NCBI GenBank assembly: GCA_963691875.1
Contig: OY829846.1
Location: 3,136,001-3,200,000 of the forward strand
Length of the DNA stretch: 64,000 bases
Reading direction: 5' to 3'
From: Aureliella sp.
GTDB lineage: Bacteria; Planctomycetota; Planctomycetia; Pirellulales; Pirellulaceae
Below the pieces are notes generated by a model. It saw only the letters and a list, made by a program, of their open reading frames with translations. It ran no database searches and was not told where the DNA came from. The position numbers and the translations under genes are program-made. Below, piece by piece: positions 30,587-40,300 of the stretch. The number at the start of each line of letters is the position of its first letter. The stretch's first letter is position 1.

Positions 30587-32502
30587 GCAATGAAATGAAG
30601 GAACGGTCAAGTCATGGCTGGCGGCACAGCCCTCAGTCCGCATTTGGCTATTCCAAGTCGGTATGGCCGAATGAAGACGAACACAAACCTGCCGTTCGGA
30701 AAGAGACGATTGAGATCGGCGGCATTGAACTCGCTGATCTTCACCTCGCACTGAGTCAGCTGTTTACACAGGCTAAGAGTCGCGAGGATATGCTGGCTGG
30801 CCTGTGTCATATCGTTGGACAGCAGAACAAAAATGGCACTGTTTGGTTATTCTCAAAGGAAGAGACAGACTGGCGAATCGTAAGCCCTCAATACTGCACG
30901 CCCATCTCGAATGGCTCTGACTGGGCGAGGGAGAATCAGCAAGCGCTCGAACGGGCCCATCGTAGTGGCCAAATCCAGATCGAAGTCAGCTCTGGCCAAC
31001 AATGGCTGCTCACTCCGCTTACGATCGAGATGAATCAGCCTACGGTTCTAGTAGTCGTTGCAAGAGAGAACGAGACAGCATCACTCTTACCGGTGCTAGA
31101 CACTGCTCATCAATATGCTAAGTGCTGGAGCGGGGAGCAAACGGCTACCGAAAGCGACTGGAAACTTCAAACCCTAGCTGCCTTGATCGAACTGGTCTCC
31201 CGGATCGAATCACAAGCCAACTTGCAGTCCGCCTGTGATGTCGCCGCACATGCGCTGACAAGACATCTGAGCTGTGACTTCGCAGCCGTGGCGACCATAG
31301 AACGGTTGCGAATTCTCGTGCGTACCGTTTCGGGCGTGAGTCGATTTGACCAGAACTCTGGTGTTGCGCGCAGTCTAAAAACAGCCTTGAGCGAAACTGC
31401 GATTCGCAAAGAGCTAACGGTCTGGCAGACTGCAAGCAAGTCTTGCGATAACCCTTCCCTTGGGCACCGACAGCTCGCTGCAGAATTGGACGTAGATTCG
31501 GTGACTTCTATTCCGCTCACGAACAACCACGGGCAGTGCATCGGTTACTTACTTCTGGCCGGAGTAGCCACCAAAGAACAAGATCGCCTAAATCGCTTTC
31601 TGAAAGCTGCCGAGTCCCGCATCGGCTCCGCCCTTCAAGTTGTCCGAAAAGCCCAAGGCTCGCTGCTAGGACGTTGGCTTAAAAATGGTGTTCGCTTTCT
31701 TGGCTCTGTTCGGGCTGCAATTGCTGTCGCCGTACTCGTTGGGATCGCAGCGCTACTTTGTTACCCGACGGCTTATCGAATTCGATGTGGCTGTCGAGTC
31801 GAAACTGCTAAGCGTCGCTTTGTCGTCGCACCTTTTGCAGGCACGATTCATCAAGCCTTGGTAGCACCCGGTGAAACTGTAGAGGCTGGGCAGTTGCTCG
31901 CAGTGATGGACGATCAATCTATTCGTTATGAGCTCGTTAGCATTCAAGCAGAACGCAAACAAGCACTCAAGAAACGCGACATCCAACTCGCCGAACGGCT
32001 GATCTCCGAGTCGATGTTGAGTGAACTCGACGTGAAACGCCTGGATGCCCGTGAAAAACTACTCCTCGGGCAGCTTGAGAAACTGCAACTGAAAAGCCCG
32101 ATCGACGGAGTCATCTTGAAGGGCGAAGCGGCGAAGACTGACGGAATTGCAGTGGACTTAGGGCGATCGATCTACGAAGTCGGCCAACTCGATGAACTTC
32201 GCATTGAACTAAACGTGCCATCTGAAGACGTAGCGATGCTCGAGACTGGATGCTTGGTCCGCATCTGGATCGAAGGACAAAATGCTTCAGTTACCGGTAC
32301 GGTCGAACGCATCAGACCTCGCTCTGAATTGCGAGATGGGAAGAACGTATTCGTTGCCGAAGTTGGCCTCCAGGATCTTGGCCAGCAAATACGCCCTGGA
32401 ATGGAAGGCTACGCACGTATTGACTGTGATTCACAACCGCTCGGATGGAACGTTTTCCATAAGCCATGGGAGTTCTGTGTCTCTCGCCTAACATGGTGGT
32501 AG
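30583..32502 (+). CDS. GAF-domain + HlyD-family adaptor protein
   Basis: N-terminal GAF-like domains, one TM, then RFVVAPFAG...V.PGE.V.AGQLLA, LKSPIDGV, IRPGMEG.ARI; 4-nt overlap with upstream gene. Confidence 0.85.
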   Translation: MSNEMKERSSHGWRHSPQSAFGYSKSVWPNEDEHKPAVRKETIEIGGIELADLHLALSQLFTQAKSREDMLAGLCHIVGQQNKNGTVWLFSKEETDWRIVSPQYCTPISNGSDWARENQQALERAHRSGQIQIEVSSGQQWLLTPLTIEMNQPTVLVVVARENETASLLPVLDTAHQYAKCWSGEQTATESDWKLQTLAALIELVSRIESQANLQSACDVAAHALTRHLSCDFAAVATIERLRILVRTVSGVSRFDQNSGVARSLKTALSETAIRKELTVWQTASKSCDNPSLGHRQLAAELDVDSVTSIPLTNNHGQCIGYLLLAGVATKEQDRLNRFLKAAESRIGSALQVVRKAQGSLLGRWLKNGVRFLGSVRAAIAVAVLVGIAALLCYPTAYRIRCGCRVETAKRRFVVAPFAGTIHQALVAPGETVEAGQLLAVMDDQSIRYELVSIQAERKQALKKRDIQLAERLISESMLSELDVKRLDAREKLLLGQLEKLQLKSPIDGVILKGEAAKTDGIAVDLGRSIYEVGQLDELRIELNVPSEDVAMLETGCLVRIWIEGQNASVTGTVERIRPRSELRDGKNVFVAEVGLQDLGQQIRPGMEGYARIDCDSQPLGWNVFHKPWEFCVSRLTWW

Positions 32503-32506
32503 GCCT

Positions 32507-34705
32507 ATGACAGACATGCAGTCAGACTCCATCACTTTTGAACTAGGACAAGCCATCCTACGATTGAACAAGGGACTTCGCTTTCAAGTACAAAGCGGCA
32601 AACACGAAAACTGGTACTTGATCGAGGACACCTTGCGAGGCACGTTTTTTCGAGTCGGAGAGCCGGAGTATGCGCTGCTATCTCAGTTTGATGGCCACCG
32701 AACTTTAGCTGCTGCGATGGCGTGTTGCAGCTCGAGCACACCAGAATCGGCGCTTGGTGAGCAAGAAACAATCCGCCTCGTCAACTGGCTCATCGAATCC
32801 GGTTTAGCGAGTACGAGTCAGGCCGGTAGCACGCGTCAAGTAGACCGCATTGCCACTCAAGAGAGAAAGCAGAAATGGCTGCAGTGGGTGAATCCCATTT
32901 GCATTCGCATTCCACTCGGCAATCCCGATGCAATATTCAGTGCAAGTCATCGCTTCGCGGGTTGGATAGTTGGTCCTGTAGGAGCGATTCTAGGAATTCT
33001 GATCTGCACTTGGGCCGTTCTGCAGCTTGCCAGTCATTGGCAATTATGGAGCCAGCAGACTGTTTCTTGCTTTAGCCGTGACAGCGTCTGGATGATTGCC
33101 GCGTCCTGGTGCTTGCTAAAGCTTTTGCATGAATGCGGGCATGGCTTGGTCTGCAAGCTTTATGGCGGACAAGTGCATGGCTGCGGCGTGATGCTCTTTC
33201 TGCTGATTCCACTTCCCTATGTCGATCTCAGTAGTGCATGGCGTTTCCCAAGCAAGTACCAACGCATACTCACCTCTGCCGCAGGGATGATCGTCGAACT
33301 AATCGTCGCTGCTGTGGCTGTCCTAATATGGCTCGATAGCGAACCAGGACTGCTACAGACCATCGCAGCCTCCATTGCTGCTACTGCCTCGGTGCATACG
33401 CTCGTCTTCAACGCAAACCCGCTGATGCGTTTCGACGGCTATCACATCCTGGCGGATTGGCTTGAATTCCCAAACTTATCGCAGCATGGCAGCCAGTCGG
33501 TAGCAAGCTTCTTCAGGTTTTTATTCACGGGCGAGCGAACGACGGCAAATGGGCATGGACGAAGAGATCTGATAGCCGTGATATACGGTTGGCTTGCCGC
33601 AATATGGAAGATTGCCGTTTGCATGGGCATTCTAATTGCCGCAAGCAATTTGCTAGAGGGTAGCGGCCTCTTACTTGCAATCATGGCGGTAACCATATGG
33701 TGGGTTCTGCCCATCTCTCAATTCTTCTACAGAACCCTAGCCACATCCAAGATCTCAGTGCGTCAGCGACTGCACAGAATCCGGCGTTTGTCTGTATTTT
33801 GCTTTGGCATAACTTGCCTAATCCACTCGCTAAACCAGCTTCCAGCACCGCCAGTCTTGCAAGCGCCCTTGGTGATAGACTTTTCAGATGAGCAGCAGGT
33901 ACGCGTAGCGACGCAAGGATTCGTGGATCAGATTCACGTCGTTGCAGGTCAGCACATTGAGACAGGCGATTTACTGGTTACGCTTTCGAATGAGCCTCTG
34001 CGATTAGAATTCGCTCGCCTGCGCTGCGAAGCCGAGCAAGCTCGAATTCGCAAACGCATACGGCAGTCCGAAGATGAAGTTGCGCTGGCTCTAATGGAGG
34101 AAGAAAAGCTCAGCGGCCACCTTGCACAACTACAGGAACTGGAAACCGACTTAGAGGAACTCTCTATTCGAGCGACTAGATCTGGACGAGTTGTTGGGAA
34201 TGACCTCAAGTCGCTTCTCGGGAACTTCTGCGAGACCGGTCAGACTTTGTTCCATGTGGCGGATGAAGCCGACATGCAAGCGACAGCCTTGATATCGCAA
34301 AATGATCTCGTACACCTACAGTTGCCGCTAGGAAGAGAAGTCGAACTGACCATATGGGGTCACGGCAGCATTCACGGAAAAATCGATCGCATCAGTCCAT
34401 CCTCGACGGACTCTCTTCCACACTTTGCACTGGCTGGCAACTGTGGTGGTCCACTACCGGTCCAGGATCGAGCGCAAAGCGATGGACAGAGAAATGAAAC
34501 GGAATCTGACAAAGACAGCTGGAAACTCGTTCAGCCACGAATGCAGGTGAATATTTCCTTGGCGGCAGCGGACGCGGTCAAACTACACGCCGGACAAACC
34601 GGGATCATGCTAGCTAGCGGTCGAAGTGCTTCGCTGCAGGACTTTCTTTCCCAACAATTGTGGTCCTGGTTAGCGGCACGCATCGAGCACACCCACGGAT
34701 TGTAG
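32507..34705 (+). CDS. M50 (site-2 protease) family membrane metallopeptidase fused to an HlyD domain, with PqqD/RRE-like N-terminus
   Basis: HECGH zinc motif, PYVD.S.AW, AAG..VE, NANPLMRFDGY; multiple TMs; C-terminal adaptor domain. Confidence 0.85.
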   Translation: MTDMQSDSITFELGQAILRLNKGLRFQVQSGKHENWYLIEDTLRGTFFRVGEPEYALLSQFDGHRTLAAAMACCSSSTPESALGEQETIRLVNWLIESGLASTSQAGSTRQVDRIATQERKQKWLQWVNPICIRIPLGNPDAIFSASHRFAGWIVGPVGAILGILICTWAVLQLASHWQLWSQQTVSCFSRDSVWMIAASWCLLKLLHECGHGLVCKLYGGQVHGCGVMLFLLIPLPYVDLSSAWRFPSKYQRILTSAAGMIVELIVAAVAVLIWLDSEPGLLQTIAASIAATASVHTLVFNANPLMRFDGYHILADWLEFPNLSQHGSQSVASFFRFLFTGERTTANGHGRRDLIAVIYGWLAAIWKIAVCMGILIAASNLLEGSGLLLAIMAVTIWWVLPISQFFYRTLATSKISVRQRLHRIRRLSVFCFGITCLIHSLNQLPAPPVLQAPLVIDFSDEQQVRVATQGFVDQIHVVAGQHIETGDLLVTLSNEPLRLEFARLRCEAEQARIRKRIRQSEDEVALALMEEEKLSGHLAQLQELETDLEELSIRATRSGRVVGNDLKSLLGNFCETGQTLFHVADEADMQATALISQNDLVHLQLPLGREVELTIWGHGSIHGKIDRISPSSTDSLPHFALAGNCGGPLPVQDRAQSDGQRNETESDKDSWKLVQPRMQVNISLAAADAVKLHAGQTGIMLASGRSASLQDFLSQQLWSWLAARIEHTHGL

Positions 34706-35165
34706 ATGCCGTGTTCAGCTTGTGTTTCGTGAGCGGCTTTTGTCGTAGCCGCTGGTTCATAACTAGCTTTTTCAATTCTGGACCGGAAACACTCTGTCGC
34801 TTGCGCGTACTGCTCGTACCGAGCGGCCATGGCGCTAGTCGCCGATTCTTCACTTCGAAAGCTCGTATTTATCCGGAATGGCTGCGAAATGCATCTTGAT
34901 TATTCGGGACCGCCCGAAGCCTTACGGCGATACGGCTCACAAGAACAACAGATCGTTAGCCGCAGGAGTCGTGAGCGATCTGCAGGCTCACTCAGCCGGG
35001 CTGCTTTAGAATTCACTCGCTGGCGCGTCGTGCTTATACTGCTTGAAAGGTATAGCTAACTCGCATTTACAGAACGATGGATTCGCGTAGTATGTTCGGG
35101 GTCCGGTCGCTGGATCCGACGAACGATCATTGAGTGCTACAACCACACGCCAGAAGGGCGAATCC

Positions 35166-35951
35166 TTGAAGATCTTGTTGACGAATGATGATGGTATTTA
35201 TGCTCCTGGAATCGCAGCACTGCGCGGTGGCCTGGAACAACTTGGTGACATTCATTTGATTTCTCCTGCTACTGAGCAGAGTGGCGTGAGCCATACCATT
35301 ACGTTCTTGGAGCCATTAGTCTGCAAGGAGATCTATCAAGGTGGTGAGCGGCACGGAATCGCCGTGGAGGGCAGCCCAGCTGATTGCGTCAAGCTTGGGG
35401 TCTCTGAACTCATCGATGGCCCTGTTGACGCCGTCGTGAGCGGTATCAACGGTGGTTTGAACGCTGGCATTAACGTTCTCTACTCTGGCACGGTGGCTGC
35501 AGCTATCGAAGGCGCCTTCTTTGGCTTGAACAGCTTTGCTGTTTCCTTAGAGTATGATCCAGCAGCGGATTTTGATAGCGCTGCGAAGATTGCGGTACCA
35601 TTGGTCCAGCAGATCCTGGAACAAAAAGACGCGCCGCCACAGCTGTACAGCATCAACATCCCGACTGCGGCCACGAAAGCCTTTCTTGCAGGGCAGATGC
35701 CTGAAGTGAAAGTCGTTCCGATGGGCACAGAACGCTATGGCGAACACTACTGGAAACGGCAGGATCCCAAAGGCCGAGACTATTATTGGGCCACCAATGA
35801 TCCTCCACCCAAGCCAACCGAGCATGAGACCGACTTGACGATGCTGCACGCTGGTTACGTCACGGTAACGCCACTCAACTTCGATATGACCGCCACCGGT
35901 GAACTTAAGAAGATGCAGCAGTGGACATTGAAGGCGACGAAGGGAAGTTAG
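35166..35951 (+). CDS. surE: 5'/3'-nucleotidase SurE
   Basis: ILLTNDDG..APG, EQSG.SH, GSPADCV, SGINGG.NAG...YSGTVAAA; start TTG 35166 (track start 35130). Confidence 0.95.
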   Translation: MKILLTNDDGIYAPGIAALRGGLEQLGDIHLISPATEQSGVSHTITFLEPLVCKEIYQGGERHGIAVEGSPADCVKLGVSELIDGPVDAVVSGINGGLNAGINVLYSGTVAAAIEGAFFGLNSFAVSLEYDPAADFDSAAKIAVPLVQQILEQKDAPPQLYSINIPTAATKAFLAGQMPEVKVVPMGTERYGEHYWKRQDPKGRDYYWATNDPPPKPTEHETDLTMLHAGYVTVTPLNFDMTATGELKKMQQWTLKATKGS

Positions 35952-36037
35952 GCCGAAGCTGCATCTATTGCTTATGTCAAAGCTTTTGACGGGCTCCGCT
36001 ACAAATCAAAATGCTTGGTGCTTGTATCGACCGTTCG

Positions 36038-37135
36038 CTATTCCGTTCCCGCAGATTGCCCGAGATTAGGCTTTCTGGCACAAACCACCCAGTACTTGCC
36101 AGCCTCAAAAGTCACCACATCTTCGAGTACGCCATGAAAACTGGCTTCATACCAATTCGGTTTCTTGGTGACGACAAGCAGTGCTCCACCAACGCGCAGA
36201 ACCGACAGGCAAGTCTCCACGAAGTGCTGGGCAATCGCATCTTCGCCGTAGTAAGGCGGATTGGCCAGTGCAATGTCGATGGCAACCGGCAACTCAAGAT
36301 TGCCGTCAGCGTTCCAAATGGCCCGCACGTTTTCAAGTCCGTTTAGCTTTGCTCCTTCTTCCAAACATGCGACCGCTCGCGAGTTGGAGTCAACGCCAAA
36401 CACCATGCCCGAAGTCTGAGAAGCGGCAGCCAGAGCAACCGATCCGCAACCGCACCCCATGTCGAGCACGTTGTCGCCATCGGCGATTTCCGCCGATAGC
36501 ATCAGCTGCCTCGCGCCGGGATCAAGCCTGCGGTGGGAGAAAACACCTGGACGCGTCAGAGCGTGAATCCGCTGGTCGCCTTCGCGAAAAGAGATCTCGC
36601 AATGAAAACTCTTTTCCTTCTTCAGCTCGCCCTTCTTACGAGCCCAATAGACGCTGCCTTGATCCGTGCGATGGCAAGTCACCTTGTCAAACAGGGTTTG
36701 CAACTGGTCGTGTAGCCAAGAATCCTTGCCATTGTCCACACTGGCGACTAGCCAACCGGCGACTGTCAATCGTTTATGAGCCTGCTGCAACAGATCTCGA
36801 GTCAGCTCAGCCTCGCCTCGCTTGAGCACAGGCATAGCGATCAATCCAAACTCATGTTCCGGTAGATCGGCACCACTCAGCACATCCACATTTTCGCTAA
36901 GAGATCCGGCGGCTACCGTGGCATCATGAAGATCGAGGTACCAAGCCTGGACGGACTGAAAATGAGAATGTTCCAGCAACTTTTCTGCAACTTGAGCTCG
37001 TCCTGGAGAAATCACCAAAGCCGCTGGAACCGCTTCGGGCATCCGCTGCAACCAGAGCTCACTAGCCTCGATCATCAAGCGTTCGGTGGGCAATGGAGGC
37101 AAAGATGCGTCGCTTGCGCTCAAATCGGTATTCAC
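36038..37135 (-). CDS. class I SAM-dependent methyltransferase (RsmC/MTS-like)
   Basis: PGVFS..RLD.G, VLDMGCGCG, NPPY. Confidence 0.85.
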   Translation of the reverse strand: MNTDLSASDASLPPLPTERLMIEASELWLQRMPEAVPAALVISPGRAQVAEKLLEHSHFQSVQAWYLDLHDATVAAGSLSENVDVLSGADLPEHEFGLIAMPVLKRGEAELTRDLLQQAHKRLTVAGWLVASVDNGKDSWLHDQLQTLFDKVTCHRTDQGSVYWARKKGELKKEKSFHCEISFREGDQRIHALTRPGVFSHRRLDPGARQLMLSAEIADGDNVLDMGCGCGSVALAAASQTSGMVFGVDSNSRAVACLEEGAKLNGLENVRAIWNADGNLELPVAIDIALANPPYYGEDAIAQHFVETCLSVLRVGGALLVVTKKPNWYEASFHGVLEDVVTFEAGKYWVVCARKPNLGQSAGTE

Positions 37136-37365
37136 TCCAGGTGTCCTTAGGCAGCTTGGGCCTGCATTTTCTGGTTCAAGTATGGCGGCGTCTCTCTCCT
37201 AGACGGTCCAAGAGCCTGCTCATACCATACAGTCTTGATTGAGGGCGTCATTGAGTCGTGTCGACGACAACAGGGCCATGACCGGTGGATTCCGCGAGCC
37301 CGCAATGCTTCCCTACTTGATTCTGCGACAATCGTAGCAGAGTATCCCAAATCCGGTGAGTACGT

Positions 37366-40300
37366 GTGGACGAACGTAGTAGCGAAGATAAAGCCTCCCA
37401 GGCAAGCGACCTGGTCCAGGTTTTGGGATACCTAAACTTTTCCTCGGGCAAGGCCGAGTTGAAGACACTGGCGGCGCTCAACCGCATCTACGCCCGAGCC
37501 CTCCCTGGCGGTCCCTTTGAAGGTATGCCGGCTTGGCTGCAGATCCAACAATGGCTCCAAGACGAGCTAGCGAAACTGCATGAAGGCAACACAGCCTTCA
37601 AGGATTGCGCCCAGGCTGAGGCATTGTTGGAATTGCTCTGGCTAAACTTCCTGCCAGCCTATCTCGACTTCCACCGCGACTTGCTCTTTCACCAAGAGCC
37701 GGAAGGCATTTTCAATGGCTACTTTTTAGGCCGCGCCATGGAGTCCGTTCTGCAGCAGGGCGGGCCTTGGGATGAAACCGACCGGATCGTAGAAGGAGCA
37801 ATTCGGCAAATCAACGACTATGTGGGCTACCGACCTGTCGCAGTACTTGAGGGACGGAGGCTAGAGCCCTACGCGAACGAATGGGTGCGCCCGACCCCGA
37901 TCTATATAGCTGGCATCGGCGCAACGGCAGGCCCTTATCAAGCTGTCGTTGAGAAATGCATGGATATCCTGCGCGAGACCGACGAGCAAATTTTGCAGCA
38001 AGCCGGTTTTGACTTGGAGCGACTCGATGAACTAGCCGTCGATCCGCGAGCCTACGATTTTGATCACCCGGTAAACCAACGGCCGAACTATCACTTTGGT
38101 CAGTGGGATCCGCACCAAATCGACAACTCGGGATACTACCGGCGGTTCGTAGTGCAGCAGGTCACCTTGGACGCCCTGCTTGCCCGAGTCTACGAGTATT
38201 CCGAAATTCCGCGTGACCAGCTCCTGTCTGAGGGCGCAGCGGTATTGGCAGGTACGATTCTGATGGCATCGGGTATCACCGGTCCAGGGCCAGGTGCGTA
38301 CACTTCGACAGTGACTCTAGCGAGCCTACTTGGTCCGATTGCAGCCTACCGCGACGAATTCTATGAGCAGCTGTTAGTGCAGCTCGAAGGCGCACACTTA
38401 GATCGTTTGATCGAAGAACAAAAGATCCGTCGACAGCCCTTTGGCGGCGCACGACAGCATTTGAACACACATCTGGCGAAACACCGAGCGAGTCAACTCG
38501 AGCATGTACAACTCGCACGTTTGTTTGCCCGGATGGGTCACGAGTCAGCTGCGAAGGAGCAGTCTGACTTCGTGCCCGTTCCTGCTGCACGGATTATGTC
38601 ACGACTCGACTGTTTGATGACCGCGGCGGACCATTGCTTGCAGCTCGGAGAACTAAACAAGGCAGCAGAAATCTCGCCTCAAGTGATCGATCTGGTGCAC
38701 CGCGGAATTGAATGCGGCGGTATTGTCGATCCTTGGAACATTCTTGGCTTCACTGGAAACTTCGCTAGATTTGACGGCCCAGACTCTGCCGTCCACGATC
38801 ACCGTGTCGAAGATCTCGTGCAGCTGATGGAATACGTTTTTGCGCTGCAGTCTCGAATTTGGCGCGAGGCAGCTGCGGCTGGCCGAGATGATTTATGCAA
38901 GGAGCTTGAATCACAGCTACGCGAGTCGGCTAATTGGTGGCGACAGTTTGCGGCACACGAAGTCTCGGATGTGCGAGCCACCGATCCGTTAGAGACGCTC
39001 GAATCTGCCGTGCTTGTCGCCAAAGCGCTGACCCTGTGGCATGCGGACGAATCCACGAGCGGTGACATCAAGTTCTGGGCACAGCATGCCGAACTATTCG
39101 ATTCACCGAAAGCATACACGCTGGTCGTGGAAGCGCTCTTAGAGCGTGGTGATTTTGTTGCCTCGATGGGCCTACTCGTTCACTGGCTCAGCCAAGCAGA
39201 TCGCGTGGGCTTACAAAAGGGAGATGATTCCTTCTCGGATCTCGCCCGACGCTGGCTCCAGCAGTTAGAACATCATCTGCAGCGATGCGAGGAGAACAAG
39301 GGAGAAGAGAAGAAAGAAGAACTCCCCTCTACTTCCTCTAAGCCATCGCATGGCTTCCAAGTTAACTGGGATTTGGCTCAAAAGTTCTTCGATTACCTGG
39401 AAGCAAACGCGGAAGAGTATTGGCAACCGCCTGAGTTCCGCTTGGGCAAGGACTATGCCAAGAAAGAGCAGCTGGACACGAGCGGCGATGACTTCGAGTT
39501 TCTCGCTGACAAGCTGGAAGACGAGGAAGATGACATCTATGGCGCTGCCTACGAAGGCGTGGTTTACAACGACACCACTGATGATGGCGTGGAAAGTGAA
39601 GTCCCGGAAGAGCAGTCCTCTGAAACCGAGACATCCACTGAGCTCGTCGATGAATCAAACCGACTGAACCAACACCTGACTTTCCTGACGGCCCTCGCGC
39701 AAATGTGGAAGGAAGCCGCACTGAGTCCTCATGTGCGGGAAGAGCTTCGCAGCGGAAACGACAAGGCCGATTCACGCCTGTCAGGGATGGAGACTTGGGC
39801 CGCCCAGGCGGCTCGCAATCGTCACGGCTTGCTTCAGTTGCTGCAAGAGGTCGCAGCTTTCCGCATTCCTCGTTCTAGCTCCGACCAAGATGCAATGTCG
39901 CGCTACGATCGACAGCGTCTGGTGAAGGAATCACTACTAGAACGGATTATCGCCTGTGCAGTCGAGACAGCCGATGCCAGGCGTTTGCTGCTTGCAAATC
40001 TTGCAACCTTCAAGAATGTCGCGCCGACGGTCGCCAAAGAGTTGACAGATCTTCCTGATGACGACCGGTTGGCAATCGAGACTGTCGGCAACTTGCTGCA
40101 CTCGAAGCAAGATGAAGTGGAAAAGCAATTCCCACGCCTATTGACCGCTCTACGACCCAAAAAGCTTTTGTACATCCCACTTGCCCGCGGGGGCGATCCG
40201 GGCATGATCTACAGCGTGCGTCTGAGACGACGTGTCATGTCGCACCTGCTTTCCTGGTTGCCCCGGCAAGGCTTCTTCCAGCAAGCTTGTCAGCTCATCG

